A stretch of 64,000 bases of DNA from NCBI GenBank assembly GCA_964426385.1, contig CAYRQF010000001.1, positions 102,190 to 166,189 on the forward strand, given 5' to 3'. The notes under the pieces were generated by a model that saw only the letters and a program-made list of their open reading frames with translations, did no database searches and was not told the DNA's origin. Made by a program: the position numbers and the translations under genes. Origin of the DNA: an uncultured Candidatus Saccharibacteria bacterium. Lineage in GTDB: Bacteria > Patescibacteriota > Minisyncoccia > Phycocordibacterales > CSBR16-119. This document shows positions 29,630-38,991 of this stretch, piece by piece; positions within the stretch are counted from its first letter, which is position 1, and each line of letters starts with the position of its first letter.

Positions 29630-29740
29630 TGATCGCGGTCGCGCTAGTGTATATTACCGAGTATCGAGTATTACGAATTATTAGATTTTTATAATTATAT
29701 AGGTAACGTTTAGACCGCGACCTATCACTATCGGGATGAA
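29616..29740. repeat. 120-bp start-codon hairpin element, copy 2
   Basis: 14-bp stem, ACCT bulge and 7-bp stem; ATGAA duplicated at both ends. Confidence 0.9.
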
Positions 29741-30677
29741 ACCAACCCAGAGTGAGTTACAACTTATATTTTCGATGATATTCCTCGCAGTCGTGGGCTT
29801 TTTTTATGTGCGGGGTGTGAGGCAGGAGATAGCTAGAGGGGAAGTGCTCGAACAACAGATGGCTGAGTACGAGGAGAGTATCAAGCCCTTCCTAGATATC
29901 GCGCTCAACGCCGATGCTTTCGCAATATACGACATGGATAAATCTGAGTTCGTATACAAGAGAAATGCAGAGCAAGTTATGCCTCTCGCGTCACTCGCGA
30001 AAATAATGAGCGCTATAGTTGTGATGGAGAATGTTCCAGCTGATCATGTATTCACTATCTCCAAAGACGCACTTAGTATCATAGGTGACAACAAGCTACT
30101 TGTGGACGAGAGATGGACACGAGATGAGCTACTGCAATTCACGCTGGTAGAATCTTCGAATGACGCTATATACGAGATGGCTCTAGAAACGGGTGCGATT
30201 ATAGACCCGACTGCCGCAGACCCTCGGAGTGTTTTCATAGCAAAGATGAATGACAAAGCCAAAGAACTCAAACTTCAGAGTCTCAAGTTTAACAATGAGT
30301 CAGGTCTAGACGAGACAGCAGAACTCTCCGGAGCATACGGTAACAGTCGTGACGTTAGTCGTATTCTCTCGTACGCCGTAAAAACATATCCAGATATAAT
30401 GCTCCCAACAACGAAGTCTGCTCCAATATTCAACTCTCTCGACACACAGCATGTCGCTAAAAATACGAATCCTATCGTTGAGAGTATAGATGGTATCGTG
30501 GCATCAAAAACCGGCTTCACGAACATATCTGGGGGCAATCTAGCTGTGGCGATAGAGAGTGCGACGGGTAGAAAGCTCGTTATGACAGTGCTCGGCTCGA
30601 CGTTTGACGATAGGTTTACAGACATCATGACGCTGAGCGGGGCAGTGAATGGTGAAGTTAAGGAGACTCCGGAATAA
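29736..30677 (+). CDS. D-Ala-D-Ala carboxypeptidase (peptidase S11)
   Basis: SLAK, SSN and KTG motifs with an N-terminal TM helix. Confidence 0.9.
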   Translation: MKPTQSELQLIFSMIFLAVVGFFYVRGVRQEIARGEVLEQQMAEYEESIKPFLDIALNADAFAIYDMDKSEFVYKRNAEQVMPLASLAKIMSAIVVMENVPADHVFTISKDALSIIGDNKLLVDERWTRDELLQFTLVESSNDAIYEMALETGAIIDPTAADPRSVFIAKMNDKAKELKLQSLKFNNESGLDETAELSGAYGNSRDVSRILSYAVKTYPDIMLPTTKSAPIFNSLDTQHVAKNTNPIVESIDGIVASKTGFTNISGGNLAVAIESATGRKLVMTVLGSTFDDRFTDIMTLSGAVNGEVKETPE

Positions 30678-30693
30678 TGCTAATATGGTATTC

Positions 30694-31767
30694 ATGGAAC
30701 TCAGTCTAATAAAAGTCTTCTTGCCTACAGTGCTGACATTCGCACTAGGTATCCTGATCACGCCGATATTTTCTAACATCTTCTATAAATACAAGATGTG
30801 GAAACAGACACCCAGGCACGTCGATGGGTGTACTGACGACCACTGCATGTCGCCCGAGTTCAAACGTATCCACAACGGCGATGATGAGCTCCACACACCG
30901 CGCGTTGGAGGGATCATCATATGGATGAGCATCTGTCTGTCCGCACTTCTACTTTTCCTTATACCGACATTTTTCCCATCTGAACTAACTCAGAAACTCA
31001 ACTTCGTTTCCAAAGAGCAAACTGTACTACCATTCGTAGGACTACTAGTCGGTGCATTCATCGGTCTCGTGAATGACTTTCTAACTATATACATGAACAA
31101 GGGAGTCTTCATCAACGGCTTCCCGAGACGATACATGATCATGTTCGTCACACTCTCTGCGCTGGCGTTCGCTTCGTGGTTCTACTGGAAGCTCGGTGAT
31201 AGCGAGATACTCATACCTATCATCCATCAGTTTCTAGATATCGGTATATGGTTCATCCCTGTTTTCGTATTCGTATTTCTAGCCACTTTCTCATCCGGAG
31301 TCATCGACGGTATCGATGGACTAGCGGGTGGAGTGATGGCGATGATATTCGCAGCACTGTCGACAATCGCATTCTTCCAGAATCAGATAGATATAGCAGC
31401 ATTCTCGCTCGTTGTCGCTGGAGCGATACTCGCGTTCTTGTGGTTCAACATCCCACCAGCCAGGTTCTGGATGGGGGAGACGGGGATGCTCGGACTCATG
31501 TTCGCGCTCACTATCATTGTGTTTCTAACTGACACTGTTCTCATCCTTCCAATTATCGGATTCCCCCTAGTCATCACTGCTGCGAGCTCTGCGATACAGA
31601 TTATTTCGAAAAAACTCCGTGGTCCGGTCAAAGGCAAGATTTTCCGCGTGGCGCCACTACATCATCACTTCGAAGCTATCGGTTGGTCTCGGGAGAAGAT
31701 CACTATGCGCTATTGGATCATCTCAACTATTTTCGCTATTGCGGGAGTTATTGTCGCGCTTATCTAA
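30694..31767 (+). CDS. mraY: phospho-N-acetylmuramoyl-pentapeptide transferase (MraY), atypical active site
   Basis: TPRVGG, DGIDGL, FLWFNIPPA and APLHHHFE motifs; lies upstream of ftsW-murG. Confidence 0.85.
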   Translation: MELSLIKVFLPTVLTFALGILITPIFSNIFYKYKMWKQTPRHVDGCTDDHCMSPEFKRIHNGDDELHTPRVGGIIIWMSICLSALLLFLIPTFFPSELTQKLNFVSKEQTVLPFVGLLVGAFIGLVNDFLTIYMNKGVFINGFPRRYMIMFVTLSALAFASWFYWKLGDSEILIPIIHQFLDIGIWFIPVFVFVFLATFSSGVIDGIDGLAGGVMAMIFAALSTIAFFQNQIDIAAFSLVVAGAILAFLWFNIPPARFWMGETGMLGLMFALTIIVFLTDTVLILPIIGFPLVITAASSAIQIISKKLRGPVKGKIFRVAPLHHHFEAIGWSREKITMRYWIISTIFAIAGVIVALI

Positions 31768-31832
31768 CTATTGACAAACAGATACTTTATGTTAGTATTT
31801 TGAGTCATAGCTCACCAACAACTTAACACCAC

Positions 31833-32582
31833 ATGGACAGACAAACTTTCGGCCGTACGGTCGCCAAGCGCTCTGGTCAGAGAACATCAGGGAATTTCCT
31901 GATGTTTGGATCATTTCCGCTTCTCGTGCTCACAGTTATTGGAATGTTCGCGATGGTTGCGACTGAAAGTCAGGGTGTGCTCCCGCGCTGGACACAGATC
32001 TATATCCTGGGAGGAGTACTGCTAGGGTTCGGCCTCATCCCTCTCGTTGGATGGATACTTGGACGCACGAGAAGGAGATTCCATATTTCCACCCTTCGGG
32101 CAGACATCGATGTAGAGGAGCACATGATCAGGTTCGCCTGGCGCAAGAAGGAGGAGTACAGAATGTACTACTATGGAGAGCGGGACATCCTTGAGTTTTT
32201 CGGTCTTAAGGACTACGTGACTACAGTGGGGCTCGACAAGCCCATTAGTGACTTCAAGCGAATTATCAATGAACTTGAACGGCGCGAGGCTGAGTGGGTC
32301 CAGATGGGGTGGCATAAAATTCCTGAGCACCGAGAGGGGTTCAAGAAGATGCGGTCCTACATGCGCGAATGCCATGATTACATTACCGAAGCTGAGATCG
32401 AAGGGCTCATGGAAGACAGTCAGCGTGTTGAGCGCCTGAAAGACTTTCTGAAGCCGCTCTACGAGAAATCTCTCCTTGAAGTGGAGAAGATGATCATTGC
32501 TCTCAATGAGAAGTTGCGCTTGGCCAAGGATGTGTACGGCATGGAGTTTCCACCGAGAAGATTGTGGGAGGATGATCTTTGA
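31833..32582 (+). CDS. orphan protein with two TM helices, inserted between mraY and ftsW
   Basis: Has its own TTGACA promoter (31771) and terminator (32590-32630). Confidence 0.7.
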   Translation: MDRQTFGRTVAKRSGQRTSGNFLMFGSFPLLVLTVIGMFAMVATESQGVLPRWTQIYILGGVLLGFGLIPLVGWILGRTRRRFHISTLRADIDVEEHMIRFAWRKKEEYRMYYYGERDILEFFGLKDYVTTVGLDKPISDFKRIINELERREAEWVQMGWHKIPEHREGFKKMRSYMRECHDYITEAEIEGLMEDSQRVERLKDFLKPLYEKSLLEVEKMIIALNEKLRLAKDVYGMEFPPRRLWEDDL

Positions 32583-32646
32583 TGAATTTGATGGCGCCTT
32601 TCCCAACTGGGGAAGGCGCCATCTTTGTTTTTGATATACTTTAGGG

Positions 32647-33750
32647 ATGTCTAACGTCGGTAAAGTCGATAAGTTTTTTCTCGGTGTAGTAATAGCGCTA
32701 GTTGTGCTCGGGTTTTTCTCATTCATCTCTGCCTCGTTCGGCGTACTCGCTAGAAACGAAACGAAATTCTGGGGCATCGTCATCAACCAAACTATTGGTC
32801 TCGGACTCGGTGGACTCCTCATGTATGTTTTCTCTCGCATAGACTACAAAGTCTGGCGTAAGTACGCATTCTTCATGTTCGTGACCTCGATACTTCTCAC
32901 ACTACTCGTCTTCGTCCCAGCTATCAGTCTCGAGCACGGTGGGGCGAGACGTTGGATATCGTTCGGGCCGATATCATTTCAGCCTGTTGAATTCCTAAAG
33001 ATCGCTTTCGTCATATATTTCGCTGGATGGTTGTCCTGGGTCAAGAACAAGGCGAAGCAGGTCAAATACGGCATCCTACCTCTCGTCATCATGCTCGGCG
33101 TCGTCGCAGCTGTACTACTACAGCAACCTGACACGAAGAGTATCATCCTCATATTCGTCGCTTCTGCATCGATGCTTCTGCTGTCGGGAGTACCGTGGAA
33201 ATATATTTTCATTTCGATCGGAGTCGCTATAGCACTCTTTACCATACTTGCGCTATCGAAACCGTACCTGTTTCAAAGAGTGAAGACATTCATCAATCCG
33301 TCAGCCGATCTGCAGGGAGCATCGTTTCAGCTGAAGCACTCGCTCATCGCCATCGGCTCGGGCGGAGTTTTCGGTAGGGGTCTCGGACAGAGTCTGCAGA
33401 AATTTACATATTTACCCGAGCCTCAGGGTGACTCGATATTTGCTGTTATTGGCGAGGAATTTGGCTTCGTCGGCACGACCCTTATCGTCGTTCTGTTCGT
33501 TATGTTTGGCCTGCGAGGACTCCGGATCGCATATCGGGCCCCTGACTCGTTCGGTAGACTAATGGTTGCCGGAATTGTTATACTTCTCCTAGCACAGTCA
33601 TTCCTAAACATCGCCTCCATCATCGGGCTTTTCCCGTTGACGGGTGTACCGCTCGTATTCATCAGTCATGGTGGAACGAGCCTCATGATCGCCCTGGCCG
33701 CGATAGGTATAGTGCTGAACGTCTCGAGGTATCAATTACAAAATAGATAA
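32647..33750 (+). CDS. ftsW: SEDS peptidoglycan glycosyltransferase FtsW
   Basis: GARRWI, FQPVEFLK, LPEPQGDSIF and TGVPLVFISHGGTS motifs; adjacent to murG. Confidence 0.92.
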   Translation: MSNVGKVDKFFLGVVIALVVLGFFSFISASFGVLARNETKFWGIVINQTIGLGLGGLLMYVFSRIDYKVWRKYAFFMFVTSILLTLLVFVPAISLEHGGARRWISFGPISFQPVEFLKIAFVIYFAGWLSWVKNKAKQVKYGILPLVIMLGVVAAVLLQQPDTKSIILIFVASASMLLLSGVPWKYIFISIGVAIALFTILALSKPYLFQRVKTFINPSADLQGASFQLKHSLIAIGSGGVFGRGLGQSLQKFTYLPEPQGDSIFAVIGEEFGFVGTTLIVVLFVMFGLRGLRIAYRAPDSFGRLMVAGIVILLLAQSFLNIASIIGLFPLTGVPLVFISHGGTSLMIALAAIGIVLNVSRYQLQNR

Positions 33751-33764
33751 TATTGTTAAACTAG

Positions 33765-34895
33765 ATGAAGGTACTATTAACAGGCGGAGGCACAGGTGGA
33801 CATTTCTATCCACTGATCGCTGTCGCCGAGGAACTCCGAGAACTAGCCGCCAAAGAGAAGATCCTAGATCTCGAGCTTTTCTATATATCCGATACTCCAT
33901 ACGATCAGAGTGCTCTCGATGAAGCTCAAATCAAATTCATGAAGCTCTCGACAGGCAAGCAGAGGATGTATTTCTCCATCGACAATTTCTTCGACATCTT
34001 CAAGACATTCTTCGCGACTATTCGCGCACTATTCATGGTCTACGGACTGTTCCCAGATGTCATATTCTCCAAAGGCGGATACCCATCGGTCCCTGTGACT
34101 ATCGCTGCTAGATTCCTCGATATCCCACTCATCATCCACGAGTCTGACTCTGTACCAGGTCGTGCGAACAAGATGGCAGGGAAGTGGGCGAAACGTATCG
34201 CCATATCGTACCAGGAAGCTGTCGAGTATTTCCCAAAAGACAAAACTGCCTATGTCGGACACATAGTTAGAGGAGATGTTCGCGAACCTCTCACCGAGGG
34301 TGCATTCGAATACCTGAAACTGAAGTCTGCGCTTCCGGTGATATTTGTGCTCGGCGGGTCTCAGGGTGCACGACTCATCAACGACGCCATACTAGACGCG
34401 CTACCGGACCTCGTCACACGCTATCAGATAATCCACCAGACGGGTGTAAAAAACTTTGATGAGGTCAAAGAGATCGGCAATATCGTACTAAAAGATAACG
34501 AGTCAAAAGGGAATTACTACCCGTATCCATATCTAAACAAGCTCGCCATCCGAATGTGCGCTGGAGTGGCGAACCTCATCATTTCTCGAGCCGGTGCGAA
34601 CTCGATCAGTGAGATCGCCGCCTGGGGTAGGGCATCTATCATCATCCCTATAACGAAATCTAACGGTGACCATCAACGAAACAATGCATTTAACTATGCT
34701 CGTACGGGTGCATGCTCCGTAGTAGAAGAGGCGAACCTGAAGGGTCATGTACTGACCGAAGAGATCGATCGCATACTCGGCGATGAGTCTCTCAGAAATA
34801 GGATGATGGAATCTACGAAGGACTTCGTCACACCCGACGCGGAGATGAAAATAGCAGAAGAGATTATCAGAATCGGTGTGTCACATGAAAAATAA
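33765..34895 (+). CDS. murG: MurG glycosyltransferase
   Basis: TGGGTGGH, KGGY, HESD, GGSQG and ISRAGA motifs. Confidence 0.95.
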   Translation: MKVLLTGGGTGGHFYPLIAVAEELRELAAKEKILDLELFYISDTPYDQSALDEAQIKFMKLSTGKQRMYFSIDNFFDIFKTFFATIRALFMVYGLFPDVIFSKGGYPSVPVTIAARFLDIPLIIHESDSVPGRANKMAGKWAKRIAISYQEAVEYFPKDKTAYVGHIVRGDVREPLTEGAFEYLKLKSALPVIFVLGGSQGARLINDAILDALPDLVTRYQIIHQTGVKNFDEVKEIGNIVLKDNESKGNYYPYPYLNKLAIRMCAGVANLIISRAGANSISEIAAWGRASIIIPITKSNGDHQRNNAFNYARTGACSVVEEANLKGHVLTEEIDRILGDESLRNRMMESTKDFVTPDAEMKIAEEIIRIGVSHEK

Positions 34896-36189
34896 TATTG
34901 TTACGAGAATAGCCCCAAGTCCAACGGGGAAGCTTCATATTGGAACCGCTAGAACGGCGCTTTTCTCATATTTATTTGCTAAAAAAAATAACGGTAAATT
35001 TATCTTAAGAATCGAAGATACCGATAAGGAGCGCTCAAAAAAGGAATACGAGGATAATATTTTAGAAGGTCTCGAATGGCTTGGGCTCGATTATGAAAAG
35101 CCAATGTACCGTCAGTCAGAGAGGACGGAAATCTACAAAGAATACATAAAGAAACTAATTGATTCAGGAACAGCATATGTATCCAAGGAGGAACCAAAAG
35201 AGGAGGGGGGTAGGACAGAAGTTATCCGATTCAAAAATCCCAATACAAAGATCAAATTCACGGACGTAATCTTGGGTGAAATAGAAGTCGACACGACTGA
35301 TCTCAAGGACTTTGTTATTGCCAAGGATTTAGACACACCGTTGTTTCATTTGACAGTTGTTATAGATGATGGTCTTATGGGGATTACTCACGTAATTCGC
35401 GGCCAGGATCATGTTCCAAATACTCCAAGGCAAATCCTTATTCTGGAGGCTTTAGGCTTCCAGAGGCCCGTATACGCTCATATACCGCTTATTTTATCCC
35501 CTGATAAATCTAAGATGTCCAAGCGCCACGGTGCCACATCTGTGGCCGAATTCCGCGAGCTGGGATACCTGCCGGAAGCCCTCATAAACTTTATTGCTTT
35601 CTTGGGCTGGAATCCAGGTACGGAGCAGGAAATTTTCAGCATGGATGATCTTATTAAAGAGTTTTCACTTGAAAAAATCCAAAAGGGGGCTGCGGTCTTT
35701 AATCAGGAAAAGCTTGATTGGTTTAACCGTGAATGGATAAAAACAAAGTTTACTGACACCTTTGCAATTGAAATGATTTGCAAGAAATTAGGTGTATCTG
35801 AGGAATTGGCAAAGAGGGCTCTACCTACGGTTGTCGAACGTCTAACTAAATATTCTGATTTAGATAATCAAGAGGAGTTCGGTTTCTATACCAAACTGCC
35901 TGACTTTGATTCGGCAAACCTCATCTGGAAAAAATCTGATAAGGAGAAAACTCTAACTTATTTAAAGAAGGCTAAAGAATTACTTGAAGACGCTGACTTC
36001 ACCAGCGCTGAAACTATCAAGTCGGCTGTCTGGGATTACGCCGAGTCTGTCGGCCGAGGAGACTTCCTCTGGCCGATGCGATACTCGCTATCTGGCAAGG
36101 ACAAATCTCCTGATCCGTTCACCCTTGCATATATATTTGGTAAAGATGAGACTATATCTCGCATAAGCCGAGCCCTCGAGCGTCTCTGA
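34885..36189 (+). CDS. gltX: glutamate--tRNA ligase
   Basis: RIAPSPTGKLHIG, LRIEDTD and KMSKR motifs. Confidence 0.95.
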   Translation: MKNNIVTRIAPSPTGKLHIGTARTALFSYLFAKKNNGKFILRIEDTDKERSKKEYEDNILEGLEWLGLDYEKPMYRQSERTEIYKEYIKKLIDSGTAYVSKEEPKEEGGRTEVIRFKNPNTKIKFTDVILGEIEVDTTDLKDFVIAKDLDTPLFHLTVVIDDGLMGITHVIRGQDHVPNTPRQILILEALGFQRPVYAHIPLILSPDKSKMSKRHGATSVAEFRELGYLPEALINFIAFLGWNPGTEQEIFSMDDLIKEFSLEKIQKGAAVFNQEKLDWFNREWIKTKFTDTFAIEMICKKLGVSEELAKRALPTVVERLTKYSDLDNQEEFGFYTKLPDFDSANLIWKKSDKEKTLTYLKKAKELLEDADFTSAETIKSAVWDYAESVGRGDFLWPMRYSLSGKDKSPDPFTLAYIFGKDETISRISRALERL

Positions 36190-36201
36190 TATACTTAGAG
36201 C

Positions 36202-37515
36202 GTGAAAAAAAGCTTAACAATACTCCTACTACTTCTAATGACAGCAGGTCATGGCTTTGTTTTTGCCCAATCAAATCTCGAAACAGAACTCGAGGCTAAG
36301 CGCAAAGCCAAAGAAGCTCTCGAGCTCGAACTTCGACAAGACCAGCTCAAGCTCGATGCCATAAGTGCTGAGAAGAATACTATCGATAAAGCTGTAAAAG
36401 AACTCGACTATACCCAGAAGAAACTCGGTACAGAGGTGAAACTCACTGAGTCAAAAATCGGCGAGACTGAAACTCATATCCAAGAGCTCGATAACACTAT
36501 CCGCACCAAGGAAGAGAAGATTATTCTTTTCAAACAAACGATCCGAGAGGGTATACAGAGTATTAACGTCGAAGATGGCACACCTTTCGTTGTGCGTATA
36601 CTCGCCAGCGGTTCAGTGACCGGCGCGATCCAAGAAACTGATGAGAGAATCAAACTGAATCAGGAGATGGGCGGGGCCATAGATAGTCTCCTTACTGAAA
36701 AAGAAAAACTTTTACTAGACAAAACCTCGAGAGAGCTCAAGAAAGTTGAACTTTTGGATTATAAGGGGGAAGTAGTCGGCCAGAAGAGTCAGGTGGATGC
36801 GAACAAGCAAGAGAAGACTACACTCCTCAATCAGACCAAAGCAGAAGAGGCTGCATACCAGAAAATTATCGCTGAGAAGAAGAAGCTTCAAGCACAATTC
36901 GAGGCTGAACTCTCCGCCATCGAAGCCAAGATGAAATTCAATCTAGATCCGACATCGTACCCGAAGCCGGCTCACGGCATACTCGCTTGGCCTAGAGAGG
37001 ATGTGCTCATAACTCAGGGATTCGGTCTAACGGAGAGCTCATACAAGCTATACAACTACAGAACTGGTGCCTGGAAAGGCAAGCATGCCGGCGTAGACTT
37101 CCGTGCGAATAATGACAAAGTCCTAGCTATGGCTGAAGGCGTTGTTGTTGGCACGGGCAACACTGATCAGGTTTGTCCGAGGGCTTCTACTGGAGTATGG
37201 GTACTGCTGAAGTACGACAACGGTCTCGCGAGTACTTTCTTCCATCTATCGAGCGTTGTGGTAAAAACAGGTGACAGGGTAAAGACTGGCCAGATTATTG
37301 CCTACAGTGGAAACACTGGTTACTCAACAGCTCCACATCTCCACGTTGGCGTCATGCCATCGAGTGTTGTATCCGTCGAGACTTGGCCATCTGCAGGGTG
37401 TCCGGGCAAGAACTACACGACACCGCTCGTTGCGAACTCATTCTATCTGAACCCACTAGACTATCTACCGGTTGCCACACCTAACATGTTCAAGGAAAAT
37501 CTAAATGGCGAATAG
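36202..37515 (+). CDS. coiled-coil M23 metallopeptidase (EnvC/NlpD-like)
   Basis: Signal peptide, long coiled coil, HAGVD and PHLH Zn motifs. Confidence 0.88.
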   Translation: MKKSLTILLLLLMTAGHGFVFAQSNLETELEAKRKAKEALELELRQDQLKLDAISAEKNTIDKAVKELDYTQKKLGTEVKLTESKIGETETHIQELDNTIRTKEEKIILFKQTIREGIQSINVEDGTPFVVRILASGSVTGAIQETDERIKLNQEMGGAIDSLLTEKEKLLLDKTSRELKKVELLDYKGEVVGQKSQVDANKQEKTTLLNQTKAEEAAYQKIIAEKKKLQAQFEAELSAIEAKMKFNLDPTSYPKPAHGILAWPREDVLITQGFGLTESSYKLYNYRTGAWKGKHAGVDFRANNDKVLAMAEGVVVGTGNTDQVCPRASTGVWVLLKYDNGLASTFFHLSSVVVKTGDRVKTGQIIAYSGNTGYSTAPHLHVGVMPSSVVSVETWPSAGCPGKNYTTPLVANSFYLNPLDYLPVATPNMFKENLNGE

Positions 37516-37762
37516 CTTCAAGGAAAAAGTTTTAGCGATTGTAAAAAAGATTCCGAAAGGGAAGACTCTCACCTACAAACAAGTCGCTGACAGAGCCGGA
37601 AGCCCTAATGCCTCACGAGCAGTGGGGAGTGTGCTGAAGCAAAACTATAATCCTGATATTCCATGCCACCGAGTCATCAGATCAGACGGCGTCGCCGGTG
37701 AATACAATCGTGGAAGAGACAATAAAATCAAACTGTTGAGAAGTGAGGGCGCGATAAAGTGA
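37505..37762 (+). CDS. MGMT-family O6-alkylguanine DNA alkyltransferase (C-terminal domain only)
   Basis: IPKGKTLTY, RAVG and IPCHRV motifs. Confidence 0.88.
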   Translation: MANSFKEKVLAIVKKIPKGKTLTYKQVADRAGSPNASRAVGSVLKQNYNPDIPCHRVIRSDGVAGEYNRGRDNKIKLLRSEGAIK

Positions 37763-37787
37763 ATCTGATACAATTTATATATCAATT

Positions 37788-38210
37788 ATGTCAGGCAAAG
37801 ATAAACAGCTAGACCTAAACAGGGGTCGTGTTCAAACGAGACATCCGAGACTCATGGCTAACGGAATGCCCGGGTTTATAAACGTGCGCACTCTTGTCGT
37901 CGTGATACTCATCCTCGTCACACTAGGACTTCTCGGTGTGTCAGTAGAGGATGACATCGTCGCCAATCCTGATGTCCAGGAAAACACTTCATATGTTTGG
38001 GAGGGCGTCAGTCATATCTGGCAGACGTATCTCGCTGGTCCCGCAAGCTTTATATTGAACGACGTTATCGTCGGCATACTCTGGGAAGGTTTCCGGCTGA
38101 ATATGGAGAGACTCCAGAACGGCGAGTCACCGACAGATTTCTACAGTATGGACACCTCAAGTATCCCATCCATTCCTGATCTAATAAGCGAATACAACCA
38201 GAATAATTAA
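37788..38210 (+). CDS. membrane protein, hypothetical
   Basis: Hydrophobic segments; followed by a terminator at 38217-38247. Confidence 0.65.
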   Translation: MSGKDKQLDLNRGRVQTRHPRLMANGMPGFINVRTLVVVILILVTLGLLGVSVEDDIVANPDVQENTSYVWEGVSHIWQTYLAGPASFILNDVIVGILWEGFRLNMERLQNGESPTDFYSMDTSSIPSIPDLISEYNQNN

Positions 38211-38266
38211 AAAGAAGAAGCCCCGGCACGATGTGTCCGGGGCTTTGATCATTTTCACTTTCTTGG

Positions 38267-38677
38267 TCAACTACGCACGCTCAATTGCATGATCTCGTAG
38301 TGCTTCAACAGGCGCATCATTGCAAGTGTTGACTGACGGATGTCCTCGTGTGCTTCGTTGTACACTTGTAGTGCGGCTTCCTTGGTCCTTGTCTCGATGA
38401 GCTCATCGAGCGAGAGCTCCTTCCAGCGATTGAGAACCGCGGTCTCAAGTTCGTTCATCTGAGCTGCGGTATGCCCTGTACGTTGGGTCTTGAAAAACCA
38501 GCGAAGGTTGTGATAGGCATTACGTGCCTGTCTTGCCTTGGTCAGCTCCACGTTCGGATCTGTCGTCACAAGAACGATACGCTTCAGATCCAAGCTTCTT
38601 CGGATATCATCCTCACTGATACCGGTATCGAGCGACATCTGGTAGATGTCCAGAATAGGCTTGTTAGTTGTGCTCAT
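38267..38677 (-). CDS. orphan hypothetical protein (MSTTNKP...)
   Basis: TTGACA promoter (38727 downward) and a C/A-rich leader. Confidence 0.6.
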   Translation of the reverse strand: MSTTNKPILDIYQMSLDTGISEDDIRRSLDLKRIVLVTTDPNVELTKARQARNAYHNLRWFFKTQRTGHTAAQMNELETAVLNRWKELSLDELIETRTKEAALQVYNEAHEDIRQSTLAMMRLLKHYEIMQLSVRS

Positions 38678-38991
38678 GGTCGTGGGTTTGTTTGAGTTAA
38701 CTTTACGCAGAAACTGTAGAGTGTCAATCGGGGGAGTAAGATAGAACTTTTGCACAGAGCACGAGTTCCAGATGATCTAGACCATGACTTGATCGGGGAT
38801 AAGTAAGAATCGGATCCTCAAACGAAAATTTCTAATCGCCGTGGGGGATAAGTCCCTAGAGCCAAGCGTCGTAAAAGATATATTGTGCGACGTGTCTCTA
38901 TAGGAGAAAACCGGCTCCCCATCGATAAAGTGGCCGGTTATCCAGTAAATATTATTTTGTATTTTTACACGTATTTCCCCGCCATATTCGA

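Noticed and set aside
37765-37794. dif-like 28-bp imperfect palindrome near the strand switch
   Set aside because: Poor match to the XerD arm; explained by an extended -10 (TGATACAAT) plus a start codon.
38760-38990. RNase P RNA, tmRNA or oriC
   Set aside because: It lacks the GAGGAAAGUCC/P4 pairing and tRNA-like ends. The DnaA-box-like words are degenerate, and gene orientation converges rather than diverges.
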